A stretch of 64,000 bases of DNA, taken from a virus. The notes below the pieces were generated by a model, which saw nothing but the letters and a program-made list of their open reading frames with translations, ran no database searches and was not told the DNA's origin. Shown piece after piece: positions 41,764 through 51,139 of the stretch (position 1 is the first letter of the stretch; every line of letters begins with the position of its first letter). The stretch lies in the IMG/VR virus record IMGVR_UViG_3300050500_000608. The stretch is one strand, 5' to 3'. The translations under genes and the position numbers were made by a program.

Positions 41764-42111
41764 ATGGGATATGCAATACTCCTTGGAATAGGACTTGCGC
41801 TCGGCTTTTCCCTGTTTATTGTACTCCTGATTGCGTCAGTGGGTATTACGAAGAAGTTAACGCCTAAGCGTGCTACCGTCCGGATGTGGAAAGATTATCA
41901 GCAGAAGGAATTGATTAACGAGGATTTCAGAGAAGCTGACTTCGTTACCCGGTTGATTGCTGACAAGTCAGATGATACCATTATACCTATGCCTAAAGGC
42001 TACTTTATTAAAGAAAAAAGCGAAGCTATTATGGAAGAGAAAGAGGAGGGGGGTATAGGCTTCCGTACTACCAAAGAGCGCTGGATCGTAAAAGTTAAAC
42101 CTCGCAAATAA
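41764..42111 (+). CDS. Membrane-anchored hypothetical protein
   Basis: N-terminal TM helix. Confidence 0.55.
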   Translation: MGYAILLGIGLALGFSLFIVLLIASVGITKKLTPKRATVRMWKDYQQKELINEDFREADFVTRLIADKSDDTIIPMPKGYFIKEKSEAIMEEKEEGGIGFRTTKERWIVKVKPRK

Positions 42112-42119
42112 AAACTATT

Positions 42120-42608
42120 ATGAGTAAAGATATTAAAGTAAAAGACTGGGGCACTGAGCCTATTGATCTATCTGAGGAACAGGCGGTTATAGAAATGAAG
42201 CCTGTGGAACTCCACCACAAATCAAACGGTGAAATAAATGATGGTGCATCGTTTCTTATATTGATGAGACATCCTTCCATCCCTGGTTCTGTAGTGACTC
42301 AGGTATCTTTCAATATGCTTGCGGAAGCTATGAAGGAACTGGGTTATGATCTCAAAATGCCTGAATCTCGTACATGGGCGTGGTGGGCTGGTATGGAAGA
42401 ATTGCCCAAATATGTAAAAACCAATCCTTCCAATTTGATTGGGCCTCAAAAGGTTCTTCGGGTGATTGCTAAGGTATACGATAATGGCAAGACGTTGATA
42501 CAGACGGATGATCCGAATATCGGAACGAAAGGACATCTCGAAATACACTATCTTTTGCCAGCAACCTTCGAGGAATATCAGAAATTTATGAATGCTGAAG
42601 CAGTTTAG
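42120..42608 (+). CDS. Hypothetical protein
   Basis: 162 aa. Confidence 0.55.
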   Translation: MSKDIKVKDWGTEPIDLSEEQAVIEMKPVELHHKSNGEINDGASFLILMRHPSIPGSVVTQVSFNMLAEAMKELGYDLKMPESRTWAWWAGMEELPKYVKTNPSNLIGPQKVLRVIAKVYDNGKTLIQTDDPNIGTKGHLEIHYLLPATFEEYQKFMNAEAV

Positions 42609-42629
42609 TACTCATATGAACCTCTGACT

Positions 42630-43001
42630 ATGTATAAACTATTACGCAGATTGTTTCCCAGGTGGTACTATAACCGGGAATTCAAAAGGCTGGATCCTCT
42701 CCTACGCAAGCTGGCCGTTCCCTTCGAACTGCCATATCTTGAGATGGAAATGTGGGGCCCTCCTCTTTCACGAGAGGTACTTGGCGATTTGTACGCTTTC
42801 ATCTTTTTTGGCACACCACATAACTGTCCAGATCAGTTCCTTGTTGAAGCAGCCGAATATATGCGTGATATGGCTGAAGATGATGGCTTTGACAAGATGA
42901 ATGATTTTACCTTGTACTATAACCGGGAGAAACGGATAATCCGCAAGAAGATCAGGGAGCTTATACGCAGTAATAAGCCAAATAGCAAACAGGACCTATA
43001 A
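42630..43001 (+). CDS. Hypothetical protein
   Basis: 123 aa. Confidence 0.55.
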   Translation: MYKLLRRLFPRWYYNREFKRLDPLLRKLAVPFELPYLEMEMWGPPLSREVLGDLYAFIFFGTPHNCPDQFLVEAAEYMRDMAEDDGFDKMNDFTLYYNREKRIIRKKIRELIRSNKPNSKQDL

Positions 43002-43010
43002 ACTTTCTTT

Positions 43011-43304
43011 ATGAAATATGGACTGAACCCTGATGGGGCACAATGGCATGACCGCGTAGGTCTGTCCGAGCAGCGCGTCATCGAAATACGTGATGCAGTC
43101 GCAGAACTTATTATTGTTCATGATGGTAAGATGGCACCTATTTTCGAGTATCTCCTTGATAACTTCAAGGAAGTGGAGCTTATCATTGCATCTATGAGTC
43201 TTGTTACACTGCTCGAAATTATGATGAAGAGTCCTGAGCAGAAGGCAATAGGAAGGGTTTTGGATGCTATTATAAATCCATCGAAGGATATACCTAATTA
43301 CTAA
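43011..43304 (+). CDS. Hypothetical protein
   Basis: 97 aa; terminator at 43435-43463. Confidence 0.55.
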   Translation: MKYGLNPDGAQWHDRVGLSEQRVIEIRDAVAELIIVHDGKMAPIFEYLLDNFKEVELIIASMSLVTLLEIMMKSPEQKAIGRVLDAIINPSKDIPNY

Positions 43305-43483
43305 CTTCGTTCCTGGCACTCAATTCTATCACCACAGGAGGGATCTGTATATTTATGTTTGGGCTCCTTTAATGGGGAATATAGATATGCTTGTCAGAAG
43401 CTTACAGGTAGAATCAGAGAAATTCCAGGGACATGAGCCGGCTAATAAGTCGGCTCTTTTTTTAACTGTTAAAATTCCTTCTC

Positions 43484-43813
43484 ATGAACCAAAACGAGAC
43501 ACGGGAGCCAATCATCCGGCTTATCGTGGATAACAATGAAAAAAAGGTTGGCCCAGCCATCGGCATCTCCCTTGCCAGGGAGAGGGAGATTAAGCAGGAA
43601 GTCTTAGAAATCTTCAAGGAGTACGAGACTATCTCCAAAAGAATGCAGGTGATTACAGAAACCTATTATCATCCTGCTGAACTGGCCTGTGCTCTTTTCA
43701 CTCTTGGAGAAGTGGCTACAAAAGCGAACTGTCCTCTTCATGGAGGGGGTGGTGGAATTCTGGGTATTGTTCTGGGAGGCATCAAACCACCCGATGATGA
43801 CAACGACCATTAA
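43484..43813 (+). CDS. Hypothetical protein
   Basis: 109 aa. Confidence 0.55.
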   Translation: MNQNETREPIIRLIVDNNEKKVGPAIGISLAREREIKQEVLEIFKEYETISKRMQVITETYYHPAELACALFTLGEVATKANCPLHGGGGGILGIVLGGIKPPDDDNDH

Positions 43814-43823
43814 AACCAATACT

Positions 43824-44027
43824 ATGACTATCACTCAACCTGAAGACAAAACTCTTACCAGAGAGCGTATAGAAGCTATTCTTATAGCTCTCAATCATCA
43901 TTTTGTAGGAGACGAAAGGGAACTATTCCATGCAACAGACTTGGCCCTCAGTCTCAATAAGATGCCAAACCTCCACGGTAGGTTCACGCTCTCTGAGAAG
44001 GGTGAGATCGTATTTGTAGCACATTAA
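43824..44027 (+). CDS. Hypothetical protein
   Basis: Start re-assigned to MTITQPEDK at 43824. Confidence 0.5.
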   Translation: MTITQPEDKTLTRERIEAILIALNHHFVGDERELFHATDLALSLNKMPNLHGRFTLSEKGEIVFVAH

Positions 44028-44038
44028 ATCCCTGAAAT

Positions 44039-44434
44039 ATGAACTTTTTCACTATGACCCGTAGAGGGCATATTGTACCCAAAAAGTCTACCAAAAACCA
44101 ATGTAAGACACAAGGGCACAAAAAGTACTTCTATGAGGTAAAGATTGTATTCTCCGGCTTGGTAGAGCTGGATAAAAATGGCTTTATCGTAAAGCATGAA
44201 GACCTTGACAAGGCCATTAAAGCATCGCCCGCTGTTGGTTCTTGCGAGCAGGTACACCTCGATCTCAGAGAGAGGCTCCATAGATTCTTTGCAGACAAGA
44301 AACTGAACTGGTATGTAAAAGGTTTCAAATGCACTATTTATCCGACCCTTTCAGATATTAACGAAGGAGCATTCATGAGTTGTATATACGTCAAGAATGG
44401 TTCTTCGCCAGAAGTAGTTGGCCTACTCAGGTAG
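44039..44434 (+). CDS. Divergent QueD / 6-pyruvoyl-tetrahydropterin synthase-like T-fold protein
   Basis: QCKTQGHKKYFYEVKIVF...LDKNGFIVKHEDLDKAI resembles the QueD pattern CxxxHGHxYxVEV...LDxxGMVxDF. Confidence 0.45.
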   Translation: MNFFTMTRRGHIVPKKSTKNQCKTQGHKKYFYEVKIVFSGLVELDKNGFIVKHEDLDKAIKASPAVGSCEQVHLDLRERLHRFFADKKLNWYVKGFKCTIYPTLSDINEGAFMSCIYVKNGSSPEVVGLLR

Positions 44435-44470
44435 GTGGCAATATGGAGGGTTCGAGTCCCTCACTTCTGC
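44409..44470 (+). ncRNA. 62-nt tRNA-like element (acceptor stem plus T-arm; one hairpin replaces the D and anticodon arms)
   Basis: CAGAAGT/ACTTCTG 7-bp stem, GAGGG-TTCGAGT-CCCTC T-arm, CCTAC/GTAGG hairpin. Confidence 0.55.
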
Positions 44471-44486
44471 TAAAATTTTATGTCTC

Positions 44487-45047
44487 ATGGAATTAACATC
44501 AAATCTACCTGGTATTGTAGGGTTGTTTGCGTACAGCCCGCACTCAGCCAAACCGATGAAGGAATTGGCTGAAGAAGTATTACGCAATCCTGGCTTTTCG
44601 ACTATTGAGCCAGGAGAGCGCGAGTTAATCGCCTCTTTTGTATCACTATGGAATGATTGCGATTTCTGCCATTACTCTCACCGTGCTGTGGCCACGCAAC
44701 TTCTGGGACAGAAGTATGTAGAGAAAGTAATAGACAAGCGCGAGATTGATCGCCCGCTGGCACAGAAGCTCCTGGTGGCAGCACAGGTCACCAACAGCAC
44801 TATAGGTAATGCCTGGATTAAACAGGTGCTCATACATATTGTAGAAGCTCCACCGGCTGAGGACGAGGAGATGACCGAACTGGAAGGTCGTCCTAAACAC
44901 GATGTAATCCTGATTGCTTCGATGTTCAATATGTACAACAGGTACGTATCGCACATGGGAGTAGCTAACCCGGATCTTACGTGGGATGATTATATGATCA
45001 TGGGTCAACGTATTATTGAGCTTGGATATACCAATGCTCAATCGTAA
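44487..45047 (+). CDS. AhpD / carboxymuconolactone decarboxylase-family peroxidase-related protein
   Basis: LPGI...SP..AKPM.ELAE...GERELIASFVSLWNDCDFCHYSH (CxxC plus His). Start re-assigned to ATG 44487. Confidence 0.85.
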   Translation: MELTSNLPGIVGLFAYSPHSAKPMKELAEEVLRNPGFSTIEPGERELIASFVSLWNDCDFCHYSHRAVATQLLGQKYVEKVIDKREIDRPLAQKLLVAAQVTNSTIGNAWIKQVLIHIVEAPPAEDEEMTELEGRPKHDVILIASMFNMYNRYVSHMGVANPDLTWDDYMIMGQRIIELGYTNAQS

Positions 45048-45085
45048 GTTTGTTTTTCAATTTTCTCATTCATGTAGTTTTTGTG

Positions 45086-45116
45086 TAGGGTAGTCACGAG
45101 ACTACCCTATTTTTTT
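45086..45116 (+). terminator. Intrinsic terminator
   Basis: TAGGGTAGTC/GACTACCCTA 10-bp stem plus T7. Confidence 0.8.
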
Positions 45117-45312
45117 CCTATTAACCAGTCAATTTCCGAACGCCCGATGATGTCCCAAAAACACTTTCACACACAGGGGGGAAATCCCCTGCCTCAAACG
45201 AGGCGAGTACTGCTGATGCTTCGTAGCTAACAACTGCTTCCTTCTGTTGAAGGAATAAGAGTAGGTTAGCTACTACGGGGCTGTAAGCTAACCTCTCTTT
45301 TAATAATCAGTT

Positions 45313-45576
45313 ATGAAGATAAATATCGTACCGCGTGGGCGTGGAATATACCATCTGTACTCACGCCGGCGCACCTATGTAGTTAGGGTCAATGGACTCG
45401 AATTATTAGCCCGTAGGTTCAGCCGGGAAGGCTTTAAGGGTAAGGTTAATCCTACCGAAATGTATTACATCCAATCCGACAAATTTGGTAATTTCGATTG
45501 GATGAGATCTACCGTCTATAGCAGTCATGGACTGGTAGGAATGGATAACGTATTCATTGTCAATAAAGATAATTAA
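45313..45576 (+). CDS. Basic hypothetical protein
   Basis: 87 aa; terminator at 45658-45686. Confidence 0.5.
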   Translation: MKINIVPRGRGIYHLYSRRRTYVVRVNGLELLARRFSREGFKGKVNPTEMYYIQSDKFGNFDWMRSTVYSSHGLVGMDNVFIVNKDN

Positions 45577-45721
45577 GACTGTTGACTAAAGAATCAGGTT
45601 TGCGGGCAGTAGTTCTCTACAGTCTAATGCTTGAAGGAATTTTAATGGGTTAGTAGGTGGGCCGCTCTATAGCGGCCCATTTTTTTGATACCTTTTAACG
45701 TAAATTGTTAACCAAACAAAC

Positions 45722-46171
45722 TTGTATATGAAAAGATTATTTATAAGTTTTTTACTTTTACTAACGGCAGTTAGCGTTGCACTGCCCCTTTCTTCTCAGG
45801 TCCGTTGGAAGACTACAGCTGTACAGATAGATGAGCGCGATTTCATAGTACATATCTCAGCTGATCTTGACTCTTCGTGGCATATTTACTCTGGTAGAGC
45901 TGCAGATGACGTGGCTACCCGAATCATTTTTCTGAGCAATCCAATGATAGAAAAGCTTGGTCAAACTGCTGAAAACGGTAAGATGCTGACAATTGGCAAG
46001 CATCGTAAGGTGTATCTGCAACATGCCGAATTTATTCAGGCCTTGCGCGTAAAGGATACAAAGACACCTATTGCAGTTAAAGGAGTTATCAATTACCAGA
46101 CCTCTAACCGCAATGGCAGTATCGTTCATCGTACGCAGGAGTTCACAGTTGTACTATCCAAAGAAAATTAA
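45722..46171 (+). CDS. Secreted DsbD N-terminal-domain-like protein
   Basis: Signal peptide, then VRWKTT...FIVHISADLDSSWHIYS...VKGVINYQT, the Bacteroidetes DsbD-N pattern. Confidence 0.7.
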   Translation: MYMKRLFISFLLLLTAVSVALPLSSQVRWKTTAVQIDERDFIVHISADLDSSWHIYSGRAADDVATRIIFLSNPMIEKLGQTAENGKMLTIGKHRKVYLQHAEFIQALRVKDTKTPIAVKGVINYQTSNRNGSIVHRTQEFTVVLSKEN

Positions 46172-46221
46172 AGGGACAGAACTATCGAAAATCACCATTC
46201 AGTAATTCTAAATTATCCGCT

Positions 46222-47424
46222 ATGAGTCTGGATTTGCATAAACTGCAACAGAGAGATGAGCAAGAATGGGGGATGCTGCTCACTAAGCATTATGAGAGAT
46301 TGAAAGCCAGAGCGAACATTTTTACTAACCAATACAGCTGGTCGGAAGATGTAGCATCCAATATTATAGCTACTACCTACTCGATACGAATGACATTCAG
46401 AGACATCACTCATCTGGTAAACTATATGTATTGGTCGGTCAGACATGAGTGTGTTGAATTAATCTATCAGCACAGAATATCTCTTATAGAAAGTGATCTA
46501 TCTGAAAGTATAGATAGATATACTGACATATTTGAAAATACGCATGAAGAAACTTTCTCGGAGAGGCTGGCATGGGATCAGAAAAGAGATGAATTGGTGG
46601 GTATGTTGCTCAATAAAGCCCCTCGTATGCCTAAGAGGCTAAAGGCTCATCTGATGGCATGGCTTAACTGTGGCAGACAGGATATTGCTGGTAGACTTAT
46701 AGCTGTAGGAGCTAAGACGAAGGAAGGGCGTACAGCAGCATTGCAGGAAATCAGGATGCTTATAGAGCACAAAGATGCCACAAATGATGGCAGTATAAAT
46801 ATCGACCAGCTAAAACATATCATAACTGGCCTGAACAAGAGACAACGGCGAGCACTACAGCTACTTGCTGATGGAATGGAACCTAAAGAGATCATGAAAG
46901 AGATAGGCAGTACTTATATAGCTGTAATGCAATTATTTGGGAGATGTGAGAAGAAATTACGGACTGTCATAGATATTCCTGACCATTTTAACAGGAAAAA
47001 TGTAGTTAATACCAATTGGGACAGTCTCCAATACATCTTACAGGGACCAATGAAAGAGACAATTGTAGAAGCCCTTAAAACTGATGTGTCTCATGGATGG
47101 AAATGTAGCAAAGAACAAACCCATGAAATCATACTTCTCAGAGATGAACAGCAACTACCATGGGATGAGATCGCCCGGCATGTACGACTCAGTAGAAAAA
47201 CCGTAATTGCTGCATATGAAAGTGCTGGCCATAAGCGCAGATGCGTTAGGGGATATAAGCTAACTATGCAGACAGTGATTGAGATACGAAAGCTTTATGC
47301 GACAGGCAAATACAGTCAGAGTGCTTTGGGCAGAATGTTTGGTATTGATGGTAGTACTGCCCATGATATTGTGAAGGGGAATATCTGGAAAGATGCTCTC
47401 TTTACTACCATCCAGAACAAATAA
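46222..47424 (+). CDS. Extended ECF-type sigma70-family protein
   Basis: Region 2-like HYERLKARA...SEDVAS...YMYWSVRHEC, region 4-like LNKRQRRALQLLADGMEPKEI, plus extra C-terminal HTHs. Confidence 0.7.
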   Translation: MSLDLHKLQQRDEQEWGMLLTKHYERLKARANIFTNQYSWSEDVASNIIATTYSIRMTFRDITHLVNYMYWSVRHECVELIYQHRISLIESDLSESIDRYTDIFENTHEETFSERLAWDQKRDELVGMLLNKAPRMPKRLKAHLMAWLNCGRQDIAGRLIAVGAKTKEGRTAALQEIRMLIEHKDATNDGSINIDQLKHIITGLNKRQRRALQLLADGMEPKEIMKEIGSTYIAVMQLFGRCEKKLRTVIDIPDHFNRKNVVNTNWDSLQYILQGPMKETIVEALKTDVSHGWKCSKEQTHEIILLRDEQQLPWDEIARHVRLSRKTVIAAYESAGHKRRCVRGYKLTMQTVIEIRKLYATGKYSQSALGRMFGIDGSTAHDIVKGNIWKDALFTTIQNK

Positions 47425-47435
47425 AAACAGATTTT

Positions 47436-48644
47436 ATGGAGCTTTATAACAATTTACCAGCTTTTGAGCTGGAAAAATTACGTGCAGGTGATAACGAGGA
47501 ATGGGGAGCCTTCATGGATCATTATTATGGTCGCCTTATGTCGTACTCTTTCAAGATCACTGACCAGAGCAGATTTTGTGAAGATATCGCCTCCAATGCT
47601 ATTGCTGCAGTGTATGTATCCAGACAAACTTTCAATGATCTGAGACATATGGTAGCCCACATGTTCTCTCTGGCTAAGTATGAATGTAGAGAGATTATGA
47701 ATGGGAGAGGCAATTTTATTATGTCCTCAGATATGGTTGAAAGGCTCGATTACTACATGTCTATCGACAGAGCAGAAATGACTATTGAAGAGCGTCAGAA
47801 GTATGAAGAATGGAAAGATCGCATGTTAAGTTCCATCTATGAGCAAGCTATACGTATGCCGAAACGCTGGAAAGATATGATCTTCGTGTACTTCAAGTAT
47901 GGTCGCAATGAACTCAAGAAATACGAGCGGGAGGCAGGGATAGCTGGTACCCAGGAAAAACCGGTAATATTTGAGCGACTACGTGAAATGATAATGTATA
48001 ACTCCCAACCTTTCTCAGAGAAGCAGCTCGCAGATATACGTAACGCTTTTAGGTCCTTTGGCCCCAGGGAGCGCCAAGTATTCCAGGAGGTGCTTCGGGG
48101 ATACACAACGGATCAAATCCAGCAGCGGTTGAGCATAAGTGCCCAAAGTGTGAAAAAGGCTCTCGAACATGGTATCAGCAAGCTCCGCAAAGTATGGAAT
48201 GATCCTATGATGGGAAGTCACAGGAAACTTATACCTTTTGTAAGATCTATAAAGGATGCTCAGATACTTACTATCATAGAAGAAGAGTTCTCGCGGGACT
48301 TCACACGCGCTCGTACAACATGCCGCCTCTCTGCACAGGATGTTATTCATATCATTCTTCTCAGAGAACAGAAAGCAATGAACTGGAGCCAGATAGCAGT
48401 TGAGATTGGCTGTGCTCCAGGTGCGGCCAGAGAGGCTTATAAGCGTTTTATGAACAAAAGGAGTAAAACTGAGACTCTCGGTGTTAGCAGTGTACTAAAG
48501 ATAAGAGAGCTTTATCGCTCAGACGCATATTCTCTGTCTGCGTTGGCCACCTGCTTTAGAATATCGGTTGAAATGCTACAATCTATCATTGATGGCCAGG
48601 GGATTACCATAGCTGGTAATGTAGTAGCTGTTAGAACTTCCTGA
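47436..48644 (+). CDS. Extended ECF-type sigma70-family protein (tandem paralog)
   Basis: EEWGAFMDHYYGRLMSYS...CEDIAS; FGPRERQVFQEVLRGYTTDQI; same architecture as the neighbour. Confidence 0.7.
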   Translation: MELYNNLPAFELEKLRAGDNEEWGAFMDHYYGRLMSYSFKITDQSRFCEDIASNAIAAVYVSRQTFNDLRHMVAHMFSLAKYECREIMNGRGNFIMSSDMVERLDYYMSIDRAEMTIEERQKYEEWKDRMLSSIYEQAIRMPKRWKDMIFVYFKYGRNELKKYEREAGIAGTQEKPVIFERLREMIMYNSQPFSEKQLADIRNAFRSFGPRERQVFQEVLRGYTTDQIQQRLSISAQSVKKALEHGISKLRKVWNDPMMGSHRKLIPFVRSIKDAQILTIIEEEFSRDFTRARTTCRLSAQDVIHIILLREQKAMNWSQIAVEIGCAPGAAREAYKRFMNKRSKTETLGVSSVLKIRELYRSDAYSLSALATCFRISVEMLQSIIDGQGITIAGNVVAVRTS

Positions 48645-48685
48645 ACAAAACAAATATTTTCAAATCTATTCAACATCAATTCAAA

Positions 48686-49033
48686 ATGAGAAAGTCACTA
48701 ATGATAGCAGCAATATTAGCTGTTATTGCAATGTCGTGTGCCCAGTCAGAAGTTGTTAATGCAGAAACAGGTCAGGTAGTCCAGGAAAGCAACAGTCTGA
48801 AAGGCCGAAGGTATCACACAACTGTAGCTCCTTCATCAGTCAATATGGGAGTCATGGAGTACAAAAGAGGTGGGATGACATACCTTTTTATAGAAGGTAG
48901 TACAGGCCTTTGCGCGGTTAACTATACGCTCGATAGTATTGAGCTTAGCTATCACCAGGATGAAACTGGCCCTATCCCTCAAGAGGAAATACCAAAAACA
49001 TCTAACACTAATCTCACTGGTGTATGGAGATAG
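48686..49033 (+). CDS. Putative lipoprotein
   Basis: Signal peptide ending IAMSC. Confidence 0.65.
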   Translation: MRKSLMIAAILAVIAMSCAQSEVVNAETGQVVQESNSLKGRRYHTTVAPSSVNMGVMEYKRGGMTYLFIEGSTGLCAVNYTLDSIELSYHQDETGPIPQEEIPKTSNTNLTGVWR

Positions 49034-49296
49034 TAAACCACATTGATGCAATCATCACCATTTTCACTATTGCTGCACTTGTATGGTTCCTGGTAGGACC
49101 TGATAAGGAAAGGAGCACCAGAATAGTAGCGATATTGTACTTAGCTGGTGCGCCATTTGATATGATCTCCGGTAGAGAATCCCCTTTCTGGATTTCGATG
49201 GTTTGCAGTCTGATGTATTTATACCTGCATAGGTCATATAGAAAAGAAAGATTCGAAAAAGAGAAAAAGGAAAAAGAATTGAATGATTCGTTATGA
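49024..49296 (+). CDS. Membrane protein
   Basis: Three hydrophobic segments; long hairpin/terminator at 49353-49416. Confidence 0.55.
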   Translation: MEIVNHIDAIITIFTIAALVWFLVGPDKERSTRIVAILYLAGAPFDMISGRESPFWISMVCSLMYLYLHRSYRKERFEKEKKEKELNDSL

Positions 49297-49436
49297 AGAG
49301 GAAATCATCCTTTGAAATTCTTTGGTGTGGTAGGTAGCACGCCTGTTAGTACTGTCATCCCCCAGTTTTCTTAATTCATGTCGTCGGTTTAGTTCAAAGA
49401 GGGGGATGACATTTTTCTGACCTGTAAAATACATAT

Positions 49437-49703
49437 ATGGACACAAGAACAGAACCTTCTCGCTGCCCCTACTGCGGTCAGGTTATGGATACCCACTCAT
49501 CAGTTGGCGAAGATATCAGACCAAAGCCTGGAGATATTACTATTTGTATCAATTGTGCCGAGATTTTGCAATTGGACGACAAGTTTGCTCTTCAGAAGAT
49601 CAATGCTGAGATCTTAAAAGATATACAGGGCGATCTTGAGTTATACAGGAGAATCCAAGCCATACAAACGGCTATAAAGGCAGCTCAACAGGGAGGAAAA
49701 TAA
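49437..49703 (+). CDS. Zn-ribbon protein
   Basis: CPYCG...PKPGDITICINC. Confidence 0.65.
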   Translation: MDTRTEPSRCPYCGQVMDTHSSVGEDIRPKPGDITICINCAEILQLDDKFALQKINAEILKDIQGDLELYRRIQAIQTAIKAAQQGGK

Positions 49704-49736
49704 TTAACTCTTTTTATCACCTAAAAATTCAACACT

Positions 49737-49940
49737 ATGTGTGGAGGAAGCTATCACCATCATCATGATCCTGTAAAAGGATCTCCAAAGAAGGCAGTAA
49801 ACAAAGCCTTTGATCCAGGCCCCAAACCAGAAGGAAATGATGATAAGGGCCAAGATGATAAGCAAACTGAGATAGATCAGGCCAACCAGCCTGAAGCAAA
49901 ACGCCAGGTAAGCAGCAAACGCGAGCGGGAGCTCGTATAG
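49737..49940 (+). CDS. Low-complexity hypothetical protein
   Basis: 67 aa with a good start context. Confidence 0.4.
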   Translation: MCGGSYHHHHDPVKGSPKKAVNKAFDPGPKPEGNDDKGQDDKQTEIDQANQPEAKRQVSSKRERELV

Positions 49941-50095
49941 TTTCTATAACGTGTAGCAATAGCAGAAAAGGAGGGTCTCTGATGTAATATTCAGGCGTAT
50001 GACTAACCTCTTCGAGTGCTGCACGTTATCTTCTTTTCATCTGATGACTTATTGAACTGCTACGGCAAGAGCAGTTACCTTTAAATCTACCATTT

Positions 50096-50638
50096 ATGGA
50101 AGTAGACATAGGTAAAATCTATAAGCTCCATTTTGCAAGATTGGTGCGTGAAATATCACCCTATGTTGGCCGCGAAGAAGCCAGGGATATTGTATCAGAA
50201 GTATTCGTCAGATGCCTGGAAAACCAGCATCAATTTGAGACTGATTATCGGGCAAGAGCGTTTATTTTCATTGCATGCAAAAACTCCCGCATAAGTATTC
50301 TCCGTCATCGTCGTATCGAACGTAAGTATCACAATAATTGCGTACATTCTACTCCTGATACGACTGCGCCAGATCTGAAGATCGCCCGACAAGAGATCAG
50401 GGGAAAGGAGCACGATAAAATCCTGAGAGAAATATTCCTCCGCATCGGCAAATTTCCCAAAATGCAGCTTTATGTACTGGAACAAAGACTCATTGGAAGG
50501 ACAAATGTGCAAATAGCACAAGACACAGGCAAAGCGATACAAACCATTACAAACCAGATTTTCAAGATACGACAGAAAGTGCGCGATATGCTAAAAAGCT
50601 TTGACCACGATATTCTCGATATTATCTATGGTCTGTAA
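50096..50638 (+). CDS. ECF sigma70 factor (Bacteroidetes type)
   Basis: EARDIVSEVFVRC...RAFIFIACKN (region 2); FPKMQLYVL...QIAQDTG.AIQTI.NQI (region 4). Confidence 0.8.
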   Translation: MEVDIGKIYKLHFARLVREISPYVGREEARDIVSEVFVRCLENQHQFETDYRARAFIFIACKNSRISILRHRRIERKYHNNCVHSTPDTTAPDLKIARQEIRGKEHDKILREIFLRIGKFPKMQLYVLEQRLIGRTNVQIAQDTGKAIQTITNQIFKIRQKVRDMLKSFDHDILDIIYGL

Positions 50639-50878
50639 AATCCAAAATAACAGCAGGTGTAAGTACCGCAGAGAGGGAAATTGCTCCTCGATGGTATGTA
50701 GGGTTGCAATGCCTTATTAAAATACCTGCTTACGTTCTTCAGTATAGCTGATGACAAAGGAGTATTCTCTATGGTAAAATATGCCAAAAAGTTCATAGAG
50801 AAGGAGCTATTCTGCTCCCCCTTTGTAAAGCAACATCCCCGATATTCAAAGTACGGGAGCTGATAAAAAACCAAGTAT

Positions 50879-51139
50879 ATGAAAGTAATTTGTATAACTC
50901 ACCAGAACTTTGCAAGTTATCCATTTGATAACATCCCACGTCCGGATATAGGCGATGAGGTAACTGTTATCAGGGAGACTTACTTCCATGAAGTACCTAC
51001 CTATATTCTCGAAGAATATAGCCCATTCTACCATTATGACAGAAGATGGTTTGCAATAAAATCAGATGTAGACGAAACTCAGCTCTCCAGAGAGAACGAG
51101 ATGACAAAACAAGAAGTATATGAACCTACAACACTATAG
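50879..51139 (+). CDS. Hypothetical protein
   Basis: 86 aa. Confidence 0.55.
   Translation: MKVICITHQNFASYPFDNIPRPDIGDEVTVIRETYFHEVPTYILEEYSPFYHYDRRWFAIKSDVDETQLSRENEMTKQEVYEPTTL

Noticed and set aside
44446-44470. attP site (tRNA 3' fragment)
   Set aside because: No integrase in the window, and the 5' acceptor strand is also present.
45170-45295. c-di-GMP riboswitch
   Set aside because: A GNRA hairpin is present but the GGCAAA/GCAAAG core and tetraloop receptor are not.
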